Origin: Octopus bimaculoides | Lineage: Eukaryota | Length of the DNA stretch: 38,193 bases | Assembly: GCF_001194135.2 (NCBI RefSeq) | Contig: NC_069005.1 | Location: 4,725,946-4,764,138 of the forward strand | Reading direction: 5' to 3' | Shown here: positions 1-11,138 of the stretch, one piece after another | Numbering within the stretch: the first letter of the stretch is position 1 | How the letters are laid out: every line of letters begins with the position of its first letter | The notes under the pieces: model-generated | Told to the model about the DNA's origin: nothing | Databases searched by the model: none | What the model saw: the letters and a program-made list of their open reading frames with translations, nothing else | Position numbers and translations under genes: made by a program

Positions 1-269
1 TTTTTGTATGATTGTGTATAGAGGAATATATTATTTTGTTTAAAAGAGTTCCAACACTGTCTGCTTTTTATGTTTTATTTATATTCCTGCAGAACCAATG
101 TGGGGTATAGAATATGGAATATACAATATATAATATAATATACAATATATAATATAAAATAAAATAAAATAAAAATGGATGGCACCATGAAATAAAGTAT
201 TCAATGTAGATGAAATATTTATTGAGTGTTCAATATAAAGGATCAAATATATAAATATAAATATATAAA

Positions 270-309
270 GGCGACTCGAGTTTCAGGGTTATTTTCCTTC
301 GTCATGGCC
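270..309 (-). ncRNA. Minimal type-I hammerhead ribozyme-like motif with one extra A in the core (probable Penelope-like LTR remnant)
   Basis: Minus strand reads GGC-C(A)UGACGA-AGG-aaaauaac-CCU-GAAA-C-UCGA-GUC-GCC. Stem I is GGC/GCC, stem II is AGG/CCU, helix III is the palindrome ACUCGAGU, and the triplet is GUC. Confidence 0.6.
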
Positions 310-835
310 GGTATGACAGACTTTAACATGCATGTATGTATATATATATACCATAGACATAAGCACTTTAAACATTACCCATGTACTATATTTACATAAC
401 CATAGACTATATCATCATTTATATTGTCAACACTGTCTTCTCCATCATAATGTTCATCTCCATCCTCATCACCATCATCAGCAATACCAGAAGGAGCAAC
501 AGTTATATAATATGGTCGTGATCTCCATTATCGATCACATATCGATACCCGCTACTGCATTGCAGTAAGCTATTTGGATGTTTGATGTTTTTTTTTACTT
601 AAAGATTTCATTTGTTTTTCACCGTTTAATAATGCTTCACTTAATTTTTGGTTTATGTCGCATAGTTTAACTCTCTCGAGAAATATTCACTTACGTATAT
701 ACTCACTTACACGCAGACACATACAGATACATGCGCCGCAGCTACAAGCACATATACTAGTAACAGTGCAGTTCATTTTTTTTTTCATTGTTATACATTA
801 CAAAGACACAGGAAGATATGTATGTAATTATGTAT

Positions 836-987
836 ACATGCACATGTATATATATATATATACATATATATGCGCGTGTGTGTATATATATATATATAAA
901 CACAGAAACATTCATACACACATATATACCTATATATATGTGTGTGTGTGTGTTTGTGTGTATGCATATACACATATATACATATAT
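836..987. repeat. Compound (TA)n/(TG)n microsatellite
   Basis: Direct inspection. Confidence 0.95.
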
Positions 988-1066
988 AATTCAGAACGTC
1001 AAGACGGATGAAATGCCACTAAGCATTTTGCCCGGCATGTTAACGATTTTGCCAGCTCGCTGCCTT
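988..1066 (-). mobile_element. SINE family A, head fragment
   Basis: Reverse complement matches the head ggcagcgagctggcaaaatcgttaacatgccgggcaaaatgcttagtggc of the other A copies. Confidence 0.85.
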
Positions 1067-1085
1067 ATTTTAGTATCTAATACTA

Positions 1086-1297
1086 GTTTCAAGTTTTGTC
1101 ACAATGCCAGCAATTTTGAGGAGGGTATAAATCGATTACATGGATACCAGTATTCAACTGGTGCTGATTGAAATCGTCCTCGAAAACATAAGAAGGTAAA
1201 ATAAACATCAGCAGAATTTAAACAGAGAATGTAAAGACGGACGTAATACCGCTAGGTATTTTGTCCGGCATGCTAGAGATTGTACTAGCTCACTGAC
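1086..1297 (-). mobile_element. SINE family A, degenerate near-full copy
   Basis: Reverse complement shows head, B-box region, central domain and the ccaaaattgctggcattgtg-type tail. Confidence 0.75.
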
Positions 1298-1330
1298 TCA
1301 CAAATATTTTTTTTATATTGACTGACAAAT

Positions 1331-1393
1331 ATTTTTATCGACAACCGAGAAATTACAATGCAAAGATGGCCTTGGTGAGATTTAAACACAGAA
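1331..1393 (-). mobile_element. SINE family A, central fragment
   Basis: Similar to the atttatcgacccc...gaaaggcaaagtcgacctcggcggaatttgaactcagaa segment of minus-strand copies. Confidence 0.55.
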
Positions 1394-2048
1394 ATTCAAA
1401 GGCGAGAGGCAATTCATTGTATTTAAGTAACAATTAAATATGACATCTTGAAGGATTAAATAGCAGGATTGCTCAAGAAAGAATCACAAAATAGAAAAGA
1501 ACGAATTGCGATAATTAGCCACGTTCCTACTCCTTTAACATTTCAGATGATATCATAATTACCAAAGCCTTCGCCCTCTGCATTCAGGCAATTTCTCGGC
1601 TCAATTTAATAAAATTAACGTTTATGCACAATTTATTGTCCATTGTTAGTGTTAGAATTAACAGCTGCTATATTTTGCATTGGAATTTCTTCATGATCCC
1701 ACAAGCTGTGTACACGTGGTCTTCAAATATTATAGGGGAGACAATCCCTTCTAGATTAAGTTGAGTTGAGTTGACTTTGAGAGAGCTTCGGGATGGGGAG
1801 AAAAATTAAATAAATTACCGTAAAACTTAAATTAGAACGCGCGTTATAAAACCACGAAATTTATTACGCAATATTTAATCGCCTGAATTGTAAACAGGCA
1901 CATTTTTGCCATTATTTGAAATCATTGGAGATTACAAGATATCATTTCGAAATGACACTGACAGTTGAGCAACATGCGTCTTGCATTCGGGTCTAACTAC
2001 TAATTTATGTACAAATGAAACTACAAAAGCGATGCGGGGGCACCCACA

Positions 2049-2147
2049 TTTGCATCCGAACCGCTAGCTAACGTGGACGTAAACACACCAATGTCGGCTG
2101 TCAAGCGATTGTGGGTGGAAAGACATAGCCACACAAACACACACATA

Positions 2148-2180
<33 letters not shown>

Positions 2181-2440
2181 NNNNNNNNNNNNNNNNNNNN
2201 NNNNNNNNNNNNNNNNNNNNNNNNNNNNNNNNNNNNNNNNNNNNNNNNNNNNNNNNNNNNNNNNNNNNNNNNNNATAGCACGGGCGTCTTTCAGTTTCTG
2301 TCTAACAAATCCATTCACAAGTCTTTGGTGGGCCCGCGGCTATACAAGAAGAACCTGCCCAGGGTGCCACGCAGTGGGACTGAACCCGGAACCATGTCGT
2401 TGGCAAGCAAGGTACCTACCACACAGCCACTCCTGCGCCT
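2049..2440 (-). mobile_element. SINE family B (tRNA head + CORE-like domain + internal microsatellite + tail), with a gap inside the microsatellite
   Basis: Head revcomp aggcgcaggagtggctgtgtgg...ggttccgggttcagtcccactgcgtggcaccctgggcagg at 2282-2440. Tail part acgtaaacacacc...gtcaagcg at 2049-2140. Confidence 0.9.
2181..2274. other. Assembly gap (other gaps: 7904-8258, 11139-11602, 14055-14294, 17775-18163, 18972-19058, 29403-29795, 32667-33375, 33995-34563)
   Basis: Runs of N, nearly all flanked by (TA)n, (CA)n or (TC)n. Confidence 1.
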
Positions 2441-2739
2441 ATGCACAAAATTAGTTGCAACTTTCCAACCTTCAGTTATTTTGACGTGACATCTCTGATC
2501 GTTCCTCATGTACTCTTCTCACCATCCAACCCAGTTTTCGAACTTACAATAAATGATCTATCTTCGTGTAATATACCAGTCAATATGCGGTTTAATGCAT
2601 AAAAATTTGCACACGTGGACTATATCTCCTTTTAAAACGATTTTAACCAAAGTGATTAATTATATATCCATTTACGTTGGAGAAAACAATATACGTACAC
2701 ATGTATGTGCAAAGACTATCCCATATCTTATAGATATGC

Positions 2740-2749
2740 ATACGTATAA

Positions 2750-2783
<34 letters not shown>

Positions 2784-2824
2784 CATATATATATATATAA
2801 TATAATATATGATATATAAATATA

Positions 2825-2908
<84 letters not shown>

Positions 2909-3165
2909 TGCATATATATGCATGTATGTATGTATATATACGCAGAAATATGTATATACATACATATTTATATATATATGTATGCATGTATGTAAAAGAA
3001 GTGTGTAGGCATGCATATTTACATACATATATACACATATATATATACATATATATATATATATACATATACATATATGCATATATATATGTATATATGC
3101 ATACCCACACACGTAGTGCAACATATCCATACATATATACAAATATATAAATATATATACATGCG

Positions 3166-3197
<32 letters not shown>

Positions 3198-3235
3198 TAT
3201 ATAAATACATACGTGTCTGTATGAATACATAACAA
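2740..3235. repeat. Long (TA)n and TA/CA compound microsatellite
   Basis: Direct inspection. Confidence 0.97.
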
Positions 3236-3354
3236 ACTTACATAATATCCGCATACACCAATATTATATAATCCGTTTCACATAATACGTATGTATAGAT
3301 AGATATAGATATATATGGATGGATGTATAGTGTGTGAAAGTATATCAGTACTCA

Positions 3355-3413
3355 CACACACACACACACACACACACACAGCCATTTACAGGTACACACA
3401 TGCACACATATTC

Positions 3414-3452
<39 letters not shown>
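3355..3452. repeat. (CA)n followed by (TG)n
   Basis: Direct inspection. Confidence 0.95.
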
Positions 3453-3454
<2 letters not shown>

Positions 3455-3794
3455 CACAAGCTATACATCTCCTGTATTAGTCTTAGTCTCAAGTATTACG
3501 TAAAACTAATAATTATATTTGCGGATGTTACAGCTCTAGTATTATTGATTACATTTGTATAGGCGGCGGCCTAAGTAAAGCTATTTATTGTATTGTTTGA
3601 CAGATGTTATTAATATCTTCCTAAACGACTTTGTTTAACGGTTCGGTGGAAAAGAGAAACCAAAAATATGTAAATTTTATAATTATTAACGGGATGACGC
3701 AAAAATGTTTTGGTTATTTTTCAAAAAATATAATGCATTTCTGTAGTAATTGAATCTTAATTATGGTTTCTGTCGCAAATATAATACAATAATT

Positions 3795-3827
<33 letters not shown>

Positions 3828-3829
<2 letters not shown>

Positions 3830-4012
3830 CGCTGGTCAAAATACTTGTCGGCATTTTTTCCGTCTTCACGTTCTGAGTTCGAATTCCGCCGTGGTCGTCT
3901 TCACTTCTCATCTTTGCCGATAAAGAAAAAAAGTAAAGATACGAGTCGAGCTAATAGACTACTCCCCCCCCCGCCAAATATCAGGCCTTGTGCCTATTAT
4001 AGGAAGGTTCAT
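3828..4012 (+). mobile_element. SINE family A, 5'-truncated, flanked by (TAG)n
   Basis: gttctgagttcgaattccgccg B-box and ggccttgtgccta tail. Confidence 0.85.
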
Positions 4013-4336
4013 TCTTATTATCAGTAGTAGTAGTGGTAGTAGTAGTAGTATATGATTTGCTGCGGCGTAAAACAAATGTATTTTCGAAAATGTTGGTCTC
4101 GATTAATGTTATTGATTTTTACCTCTTTCTTTTCGTCTTATGTGCTAAACATGTGTTCAAACTTGTTATTAAGAAAACCAGCTATCTCTTGCTGGTGTTC
4201 TGTGGTGGCCTCTGTCTCGTAAGTGGCAATATTTTGCCTTCATTAAACACTCGCGTAGTTTTAAAATAAACCAAACACACGCAACATTGCATCATAAACT
4301 GTCATCCCATCAGCGCACCATCAGAAGAAGACTTAC

Positions 4337-4500
4337 CTCCTTTTCCGTCTCTCATTCCATTAAAAGATAATGAGTAGAAACGCGACAATAGAGAGGACGT
4401 CGCGCAAAAACATTCGGAGTCCCCCCGTTGGTGTGAAGAAGGTGTTGTGCTTCCGACATACCTCTCGAGAATAACATCTAGGCTAAGACTTCCGCCTGGT
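4337..4500 (-). other. Possible exon ending in a strong GAG|GTAAGT donor; CpG-containing unique sequence
   Basis: Donor at 4336. ATG AGA GAC GGA AAA GGA G lies just before it. No recognisable homology. Confidence 0.2.
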
Positions 4501-4523
4501 ATGATTCCGCCTTGCACAGTAGA

Positions 4524-4637
4524 GACCCCAATATATGAGGAACTGGAGCATTATTTTATCGACCCCCAAAAAAGGATGAAAGGGAAACTCGACAACAGTG
4601 GCATTTGAACTCACAATATAACGACAGATGAAATACA
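4524..4637 (-). mobile_element. SINE family A, central fragment
   Basis: ttatcgaccccc...ggatgaaaggg...atttgaactcac. Confidence 0.8.
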
Positions 4638-4682
4638 TTTGTGTATTGTATCCGAACTATCTGCAAATCTTCCAGCACACAG

Positions 4683-4702
4683 CTTCAATAATGATAATGA
4701 TG

Positions 4703-4766
<64 letters not shown>

Positions 4767-4790
4767 TGATGATGATGATAATAATAATAA
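4683..4790. repeat. (AAT)n/(GAT)n microsatellite
   Basis: Direct inspection. Confidence 0.97.
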
Positions 4791-5339
4791 TATGTGCATA
4801 TACGTGCTAGCATATTTATATTTAAGTAAATATCTGTTTATATGTGTATACATATATATATTTGTGTATGTGTGTGTGTGTGTTCGTGTGTGTGTGTGTG
4901 TGTGTGTGCGTGCGTGTGTGTGTGTGTGTGTGTGTGTGTTTGGTTGAGTAAGGAGATGATGGGGAAGGACAGCTGAAAATGTACGAAAGGATTACTAAAC
5001 ATCGAAAAGACGGAAATTTTTAAAGTTTATTAAAGTTTTGCTTACTGTGCAAATCTTTCAGACATAATTGGTTATATATGAAAGCATCAGAAAATTGTTA
5101 CGATAAAAACATTTGGTATGATAGAAATTCTTTACAATCTTTGTCTTCTTCATGTTGTCCGGATGATGTAATTAGTGTTTGGTAGATAGGCAGATGGAAT
5201 TGGTTCTGTTCATGGTATCGACTTATTCATTGATGTATCGATACAACTCGATCGATTGAAAAAAATCTTTTAATTCTCTCAGACGGATGTTTTCGAAGGC
5301 AATATCTGATGCATATAAGCATATATGCGTATGCACATA

Positions 5340-5455
5340 TTTATAGACGCATACACGTACGCACACACACACACGCACACATGCACACGCATATATTGAT
5401 GGATACACATATATAATTTTATATATGTGCGTGTATACATATATATATGTGTTGA

Positions 5456-5496
<41 letters not shown>

Positions 5497-5542
5497 ACAC
5501 ACATATATATACACACAAACATACATATATATCTTTATTTAT

Positions 5543-5592
<50 letters not shown>

Positions 5593-5680
5593 CATACATA
5601 TGAATGTGTGTATATGTGCGTGCGCATGTGTGTGTCTGTGTGTGTTTATAGGGTATATATGCGTATGAATATGCATGTAC
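5340..5680. repeat. Compound CA/TA/TG microsatellite
   Basis: Direct inspection. Confidence 0.9.
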
Positions 5681-6013
5681 ATGTGTATGTTGCAGCTAAT
5701 AATTTCTATTTATTTTCTTAAAATTTATTACCACCTCCACACCAGTATTAAACTCCTCAACAACATAATCAACACCACCACCACAACAACAACAATCAAC
5801 ATCTCCATTATCACCATCGTCATCATCGTCATCATCAAGTTATAATTATCTCTATAATCACTGCCACGATTATTTTGTATTATCACCACTTGTATAATCG
5901 CATTTATCCAAATGATTGGCAGCGTTGATTTTTGCGGGATTTGAACTCAGGACGAAAATAATAACATCGAAAAATACCTTAGGAATGAGAACCCAGATTC
6001 GAAATTTCCTCAA

Positions 6014-6059
6014 GACACCTGACGAAGGCTGGAGAGTATATTAGCCGAAACGTTGTGTT
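6014..6059 (+). ncRNA. Minimal type-I hammerhead ribozyme with intact core, in a probable Penelope-like LTR remnant (about 5975-6110)
   Basis: GACAC-CUGACGA-A-GGCU(gg)agaguaua(uu)AGCC-GAAA-C-GUU-GUGUU. Stem I is GACAC/GUGUU, stem II is GGCU/AGCC, and helix III is the palindrome AACGUU. A distal stem I extension is UCCUCA (6007-6012) with UGAGGA (6074-6079). Confidence 0.75.
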
Positions 6060-6819
6060 AACAACAAACAAGGTGAGGACAAATATCCTCAAATGTGAAT
6101 AATGTAACTGATGTAAATAATGCGCATAGAAATAGTTTTGAAAACATAGTATCAATTAAATGAAATTTGTTTGGAAAATATGTATACAACAAACCTTTTC
6201 GACAAAACTTTTCTTATTGCCAGTAAGATCTTTTGTTATTGTTGTGTGTGGTGGGGGTTCTGTATATCACTGTGTATGCGTGTTTTAATATGGATATGTT
6301 TGTGAAAGTATCTGTAAATATCTTGCATTTTCTTTCACTGAAAATTTTTGTCGTTCGTGTGTTTAAAAATATGTTTATACTTCGACTCTATCGATAGCAA
6401 TCAGGTCTTTGACATCATTACTTCATGAGTAATGAATAATGAATAATGATGTTTCAATCAAGGTCAATGTGAAATTGGTTAACGCCATCGCAATAGCACG
6501 TAACCAATCGATAGGAAACGCCATTGAAAAAGTATTATTCTAATAAAATTTGGCATTCAAGATGTATGTTATAGTGTTATCATTAAATATAACAGTATGT
6601 CTACAAAATGACACTTTGGAAACGAAATGCTATTTAATAACATTTATTTAAATAATTTTCTTCAGCCGTTATCCATTTGACGCCGCTGGCTTCATACACA
6701 TAGTCATGGATCAGTAGAGATCTTCAACTACAGCACGTTAATCAGTATACATACATACATACACACATTTATATATAGATAGATAGATATACATATATTT
6801 AAATATATATATATATATA

Positions 6820-6896
<77 letters not shown>

Positions 6897-6899
<3 letters not shown>

Positions 6900-7054
6900 C
6901 ACAGGAGTGGTTGTTTGTAAGTACCTTGGTTCCCAACCACACGGTTCCCGGTTCAGTACCATGCGTGGCATCTTGGATAAATGCGTTTTACTATAGCCTC
7001 GTTCGACTTGAGGCAGTGCTCCAGCATAGCTGATACAAGTAAAAGAATAAAAGA
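6897..7054 (+). mobile_element. SINE family B, internally deleted (head + CORE-like domain fused to terminal tail)
   Basis: ggcacaggagtgg...gcgtggcatcttggataaatg...ctatagcctcg joined to ttcgacttgaggcagtgctccagcat...gtaaaagaataaaagaat. Confidence 0.85.
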
Positions 7055-7369
7055 ATATATACACACACACAAATATATATTTATACACACACATATGTGT
7101 ATATATATAAATATATATATACATATATTATATATTATAATATATATATCATATCTGTGTATGTATACACACCCACACAATTTTATATAGATGTTGATAG
7201 CCGTCCATCACTCGTAACTGAGAAAGACCATTAGTGACCTTCAAGAACATTGTGGGCTCTAGGATTTACAAACTTTTACAAAGTAAACATTCACAGTGGA
7301 TTCGAAGAATAAGTCTGATGAAAGCGAGGCAGCCCAAAACGTTGAGGTATTTTCTTGGCAAAGTTTGAG

Positions 7370-7402
7370 AGATGCACACACACGCGAACACATGCAAACA
7401 CA

Positions 7403-7500
<98 letters not shown>

Positions 7501-7530
7501 TACACATACACATACAAAGATACATACATA
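7370..7530. repeat. (CA)n microsatellite
   Basis: Direct inspection. Confidence 0.97.
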
Positions 7531-8959
7531 GACATCTTCTTTATTTAAGCCAAAACAATGTCATAAGAGATGAGTCAGTTATAAGAAATGAAGCATCGGT
7601 TTGAAATTGTACATTCTACTTCAGTATTTCGGATCATGATTCCCCTGCAAGCAACATTCGGAGAAATGGCATTATGAGTCGACGTCTCTTATCTGGTGAG
7701 CACTCTCTGAAATATTGAAATACAAGGCAAAATTATAGGTCATGGACTTCCATTTTGTTGAATTACTTGCATTGTTTTGACTGTAGAAAATTTTAATTAT
7801 TTATGTATATCAGACAATGCTTCTTCCAGACTACATTGCTACACATACCCATACATACATAGGTATACAGTCAATCGCTCGCTGTATATATATATATATA
7901 TATNNNNNNNNNNNNNNNNNNNNNNNNNNNNNNNNNNNNNNNNNNNNNNNNNNNNNNNNNNNNNNNNNNNNNNNNNNNNNNNNNNNNNNNNNNNNNNNNN
8001 NNNNNNNNNNNNNNNNNNNNNNNNNNNNNNNNNNNNNNNNNNNNNNNNNNNNNNNNNNNNNNNNNNNNNNNNNNNNNNNNNNNNNNNNNNNNNNNNNNNN
8101 NNNNNNNNNNNNNNNNNNNNNNNNNNNNNNNNNNNNNNNNNNNNNNNNNNNNNNNNNNNNNNNNNNNNNNNNNNNNNNNNNNNNNNNNNNNNNNNNNNNN
8201 NNNNNNNNNNNNNNNNNNNNNNNNNNNNNNNNNNNNNNNNNNNNNNNNNNNNNNNNNNTATATATGTATGTATATATGAATTCTTCAGATACATGGCCTC
8301 TATGAATACATACATACACGCACAAACACGCACAAACATATACATATATATACACATACATATATACATTCATAAGTGCTTGTGTATATGTCTGTGTGTG
8401 TGTGTGTGTGTGTATGCAATTTTGCTAAAATTTTGATTACAGCAGGTATACATTGGTTTCAATTCTTTCATAGATTTTCAAAAGTGTAAATAGTAAAATG
8501 ATATCCATCATTGTCAAGAAAACAGCGAAGTTGGTGCTCAGGGTAAAGGAAAGAGAAAAGCCTTGAAAGTGGGAGTGGTGCCGTGAGTAATGGTGTAAAT
8601 CATTGTTTGCCAAGCAATGGTGAATTCTTTATTACCATTTATGTCTATAGAATATTTGCTTTTTGTAATGGTTAGATTTCCAGTAATTTACAAACCGAAT
8701 GTCTATTCTCACAACGATGTGTGTGTATTTTTGTTGTGTATTCTAGTCCCGAAAATAAACTATATCAAAGAATGTACTCCAAAATTTAGGACGCGCCATT
8801 ATAAGAGAGCAAATGAAACGGGATTCGCATTGTAAGATATTGAAAATATCACGTAACCACTACAAGAGAAGAAATATTAAATACATTATAACCGTAGGGT
8901 GTAGTAAATAATAGCCCAGTATTTGTTAAACAATGCGCCACCACGTCTATTACCCTGTT

Positions 8960-8963
<4 letters not shown>

Positions 8964-9038
<75 letters not shown>

Positions 9039-9039
9039 T
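8964..9039. repeat. (TTA)n microsatellite
   Basis: Direct inspection. Confidence 0.97.
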
Positions 9040-9314
9040 AAGTTTCCCCTGAGTAACTGACATACAAACAGTTATTTCTAAGACAGCTTGATCGATTAGA
9101 TTTTGTTGCGTGAAAATGTTTGAAAGGACAGAAACAATTGTTCAATTGTAGTCGTCGTCTAACAGAAAAACTTCAATTATTCGCGGAATTGCGTCGAATA
9201 CGTTTATATAGGGTTCGTGATCCGTCCCCATCCCACCTGTGTCTGTCTGTGTGTCTCTCTTTCTCTTCCTCTCTCTTTCTTTAGATATGGGGCGTCTATT
9301 GTCTGTATATAATT

Positions 9315-9515
9315 TTTGTCGTTGTGTGTCCACATTGACCACTTGACAACCGACATTTGTGTGTTTAAGACTACGTTACTTAATGGTCCGGCTAAAAGTA
9401 AATAAGTATGTCTTTAAAAAACTAGGTACTTAGATCGATTCGTTTGACTAAAAGTCTTCGAGTCCCCGGAATGGCCACAGTCAAAGGAATGAAGCAAATA
9501 AAAAGGAAAAGGTAA
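9315..9515 (+). mobile_element. SINE family B, tail half, degenerate
   Basis: cttgacaaccgac...gtgtgttta...gatcgattcgtttgactaa...atggccacagtcaaa. Confidence 0.75.
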
Positions 9516-9691
9516 AAGATCTATATCTTTGGGAATGTGGGAATGTTAGATCTCGAAGCAGATGAAGCTATAAATAATAGCGTGTGAATATTTAGTTAAA
9601 AAAACATTTGGAATTAAACGGTTCAAGTGAACAATATGTGTGCACGTCTGTGTGTGCCGATATACCTGTATATGTGTGTGATTGTGTACAT

Positions 9692-9735
<44 letters not shown>

Positions 9736-9974
9736 TACAGAGGAGTAAACAGAGAGTATTTATTGCTTCCAGTTGTACTCAAAGGAGAACTCAATACAAT
9801 CGTTGTGTAGGCTGTCCTGTGCATATTTTACATACTCATATACATAAGTAAATATATATACATAAATACAAACATTTATATTTGTGTATACATATACACG
9901 TTCGGATTTACAAAGTACATGTACAAAATCAGAACAGCATAGAGAGAAAACAATTTTGAGAAAGACATGAGTAG

Positions 9975-10190
9975 AGATAAGTGAGAGAGAGAGAGGAAAT
10001 GTGGGGGAGAGAAAGAAAGAAAGGAAGAAAAAAAGAAGGAAAGGAAGAAAGAAAAGAAGGTAGGAAGGAAGAAAATCGAGAGGGAGAAGGGTTTGAATGG
10101 AAGTGGGAACTTGAGGAATGCTTCGAAAGATTCCCGTGCTCCCTCCACCACCACCACCACCACCATCACCACCACCACCACCACCACCAT
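9975..10190. repeat. Polypurine (GA/GAAA/GGAA) tract followed by (CAC)n
   Basis: Direct inspection. Confidence 0.9.
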
Positions 10191-11106
10191 TCGCAACATG
10201 TAGGTCAAATTCAATTCATCTCATTAGATGCAATTAGGTTCGAAAGGAAATTGCTAATATAAAGTTCTTGCCACGTACCCCACACACCGAAGCGTATCAC
10301 ACATTAGTACAGAATCAGGTGTGAAGTCTATTAAATAGAATTCATTATCTGTCTGACCTGTATCTTTTTAACAATATTCTACAATTTTCCTACTTAAAAA
10401 TCAATTGCGCTATACTTCCTTTACATATTGCCTCTGCCATACGTTCTCAACTTCGTGTTCATCTTCGTTCAGTTTCGTTTGTTGGCATCCTATACACTTA
10501 TTTGTCTTTTAGCATTACACGTCTCATTAGAAGCTATTGAGAAAAAAAAATGGAATTATGAAAATAACGAACGAGGAAAATTATCTTTGGTGAATATTTT
10601 GTGAAGATTCTAAAAGGAAAGAAAGGATGGAAGAAAAGCAGTAAGAAAGGAACGGTATCAGGCTATTTAAAATGTAAATATCGAAATACTAGAAAATTGA
10701 TTTACAATTGTCATTGAATTGGTATCACAATCGGATACTTCGATTTTCGCGATTGCTCCGTCGTCCTTCCTCTCCACACTCCATGTTTATTTCTGATAAA
10801 ATCGAACATCTCTGGGATGTCTCTGAAGTGTGCCGACAAGGAAATTCCATGTTGTGTGAGAATAGACAACGTTTACTGATTGACACGGATTCAAAAGTAC
10901 ATCGATTCCTCGTTAAAACTTGGGCATCTAAGGAACGGAAGGGTGGGGTGCAGGTTATTCCAAAAATGATGATGGAATTTTTATATCTACGCGGGTGAGA
11001 GAGGGAGAGAGACAGACAGGCAGACAGAGAAAGTAGGGCAGAGAGAAAACTGTAGTATCAACAGATCAAATGTTCGGATATAAATCAAATAAAAGACATA
11101 CATACA

Positions 11107-11138
<32 letters not shown>

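Noticed and set aside
287-310. Apparent 24-nt plus-strand micro-exon (tttcag|...|gtatga)
   Set aside because: Better explained as the antisense of the hammerhead motif
7297-7346. Exon-like segment DSKNKSDESEAAQNVE
   Set aside because: Weak acceptor and donor; overlaps the possible decayed hammerhead
9105-9145. GAAAC-AAUU-GUU palindrome
   Set aside because: No CUGANGA and no convincing stem II upstream
9190-9240. Minus-strand TATA box (ccctatataaacg)
   Set aside because: An isolated motif in AT-rich DNA with no supporting downstream exon
10708-10998. 96-aa ORF in unique sequence
   Set aside because: No recognisable domain and no convincing splice sites in any frame
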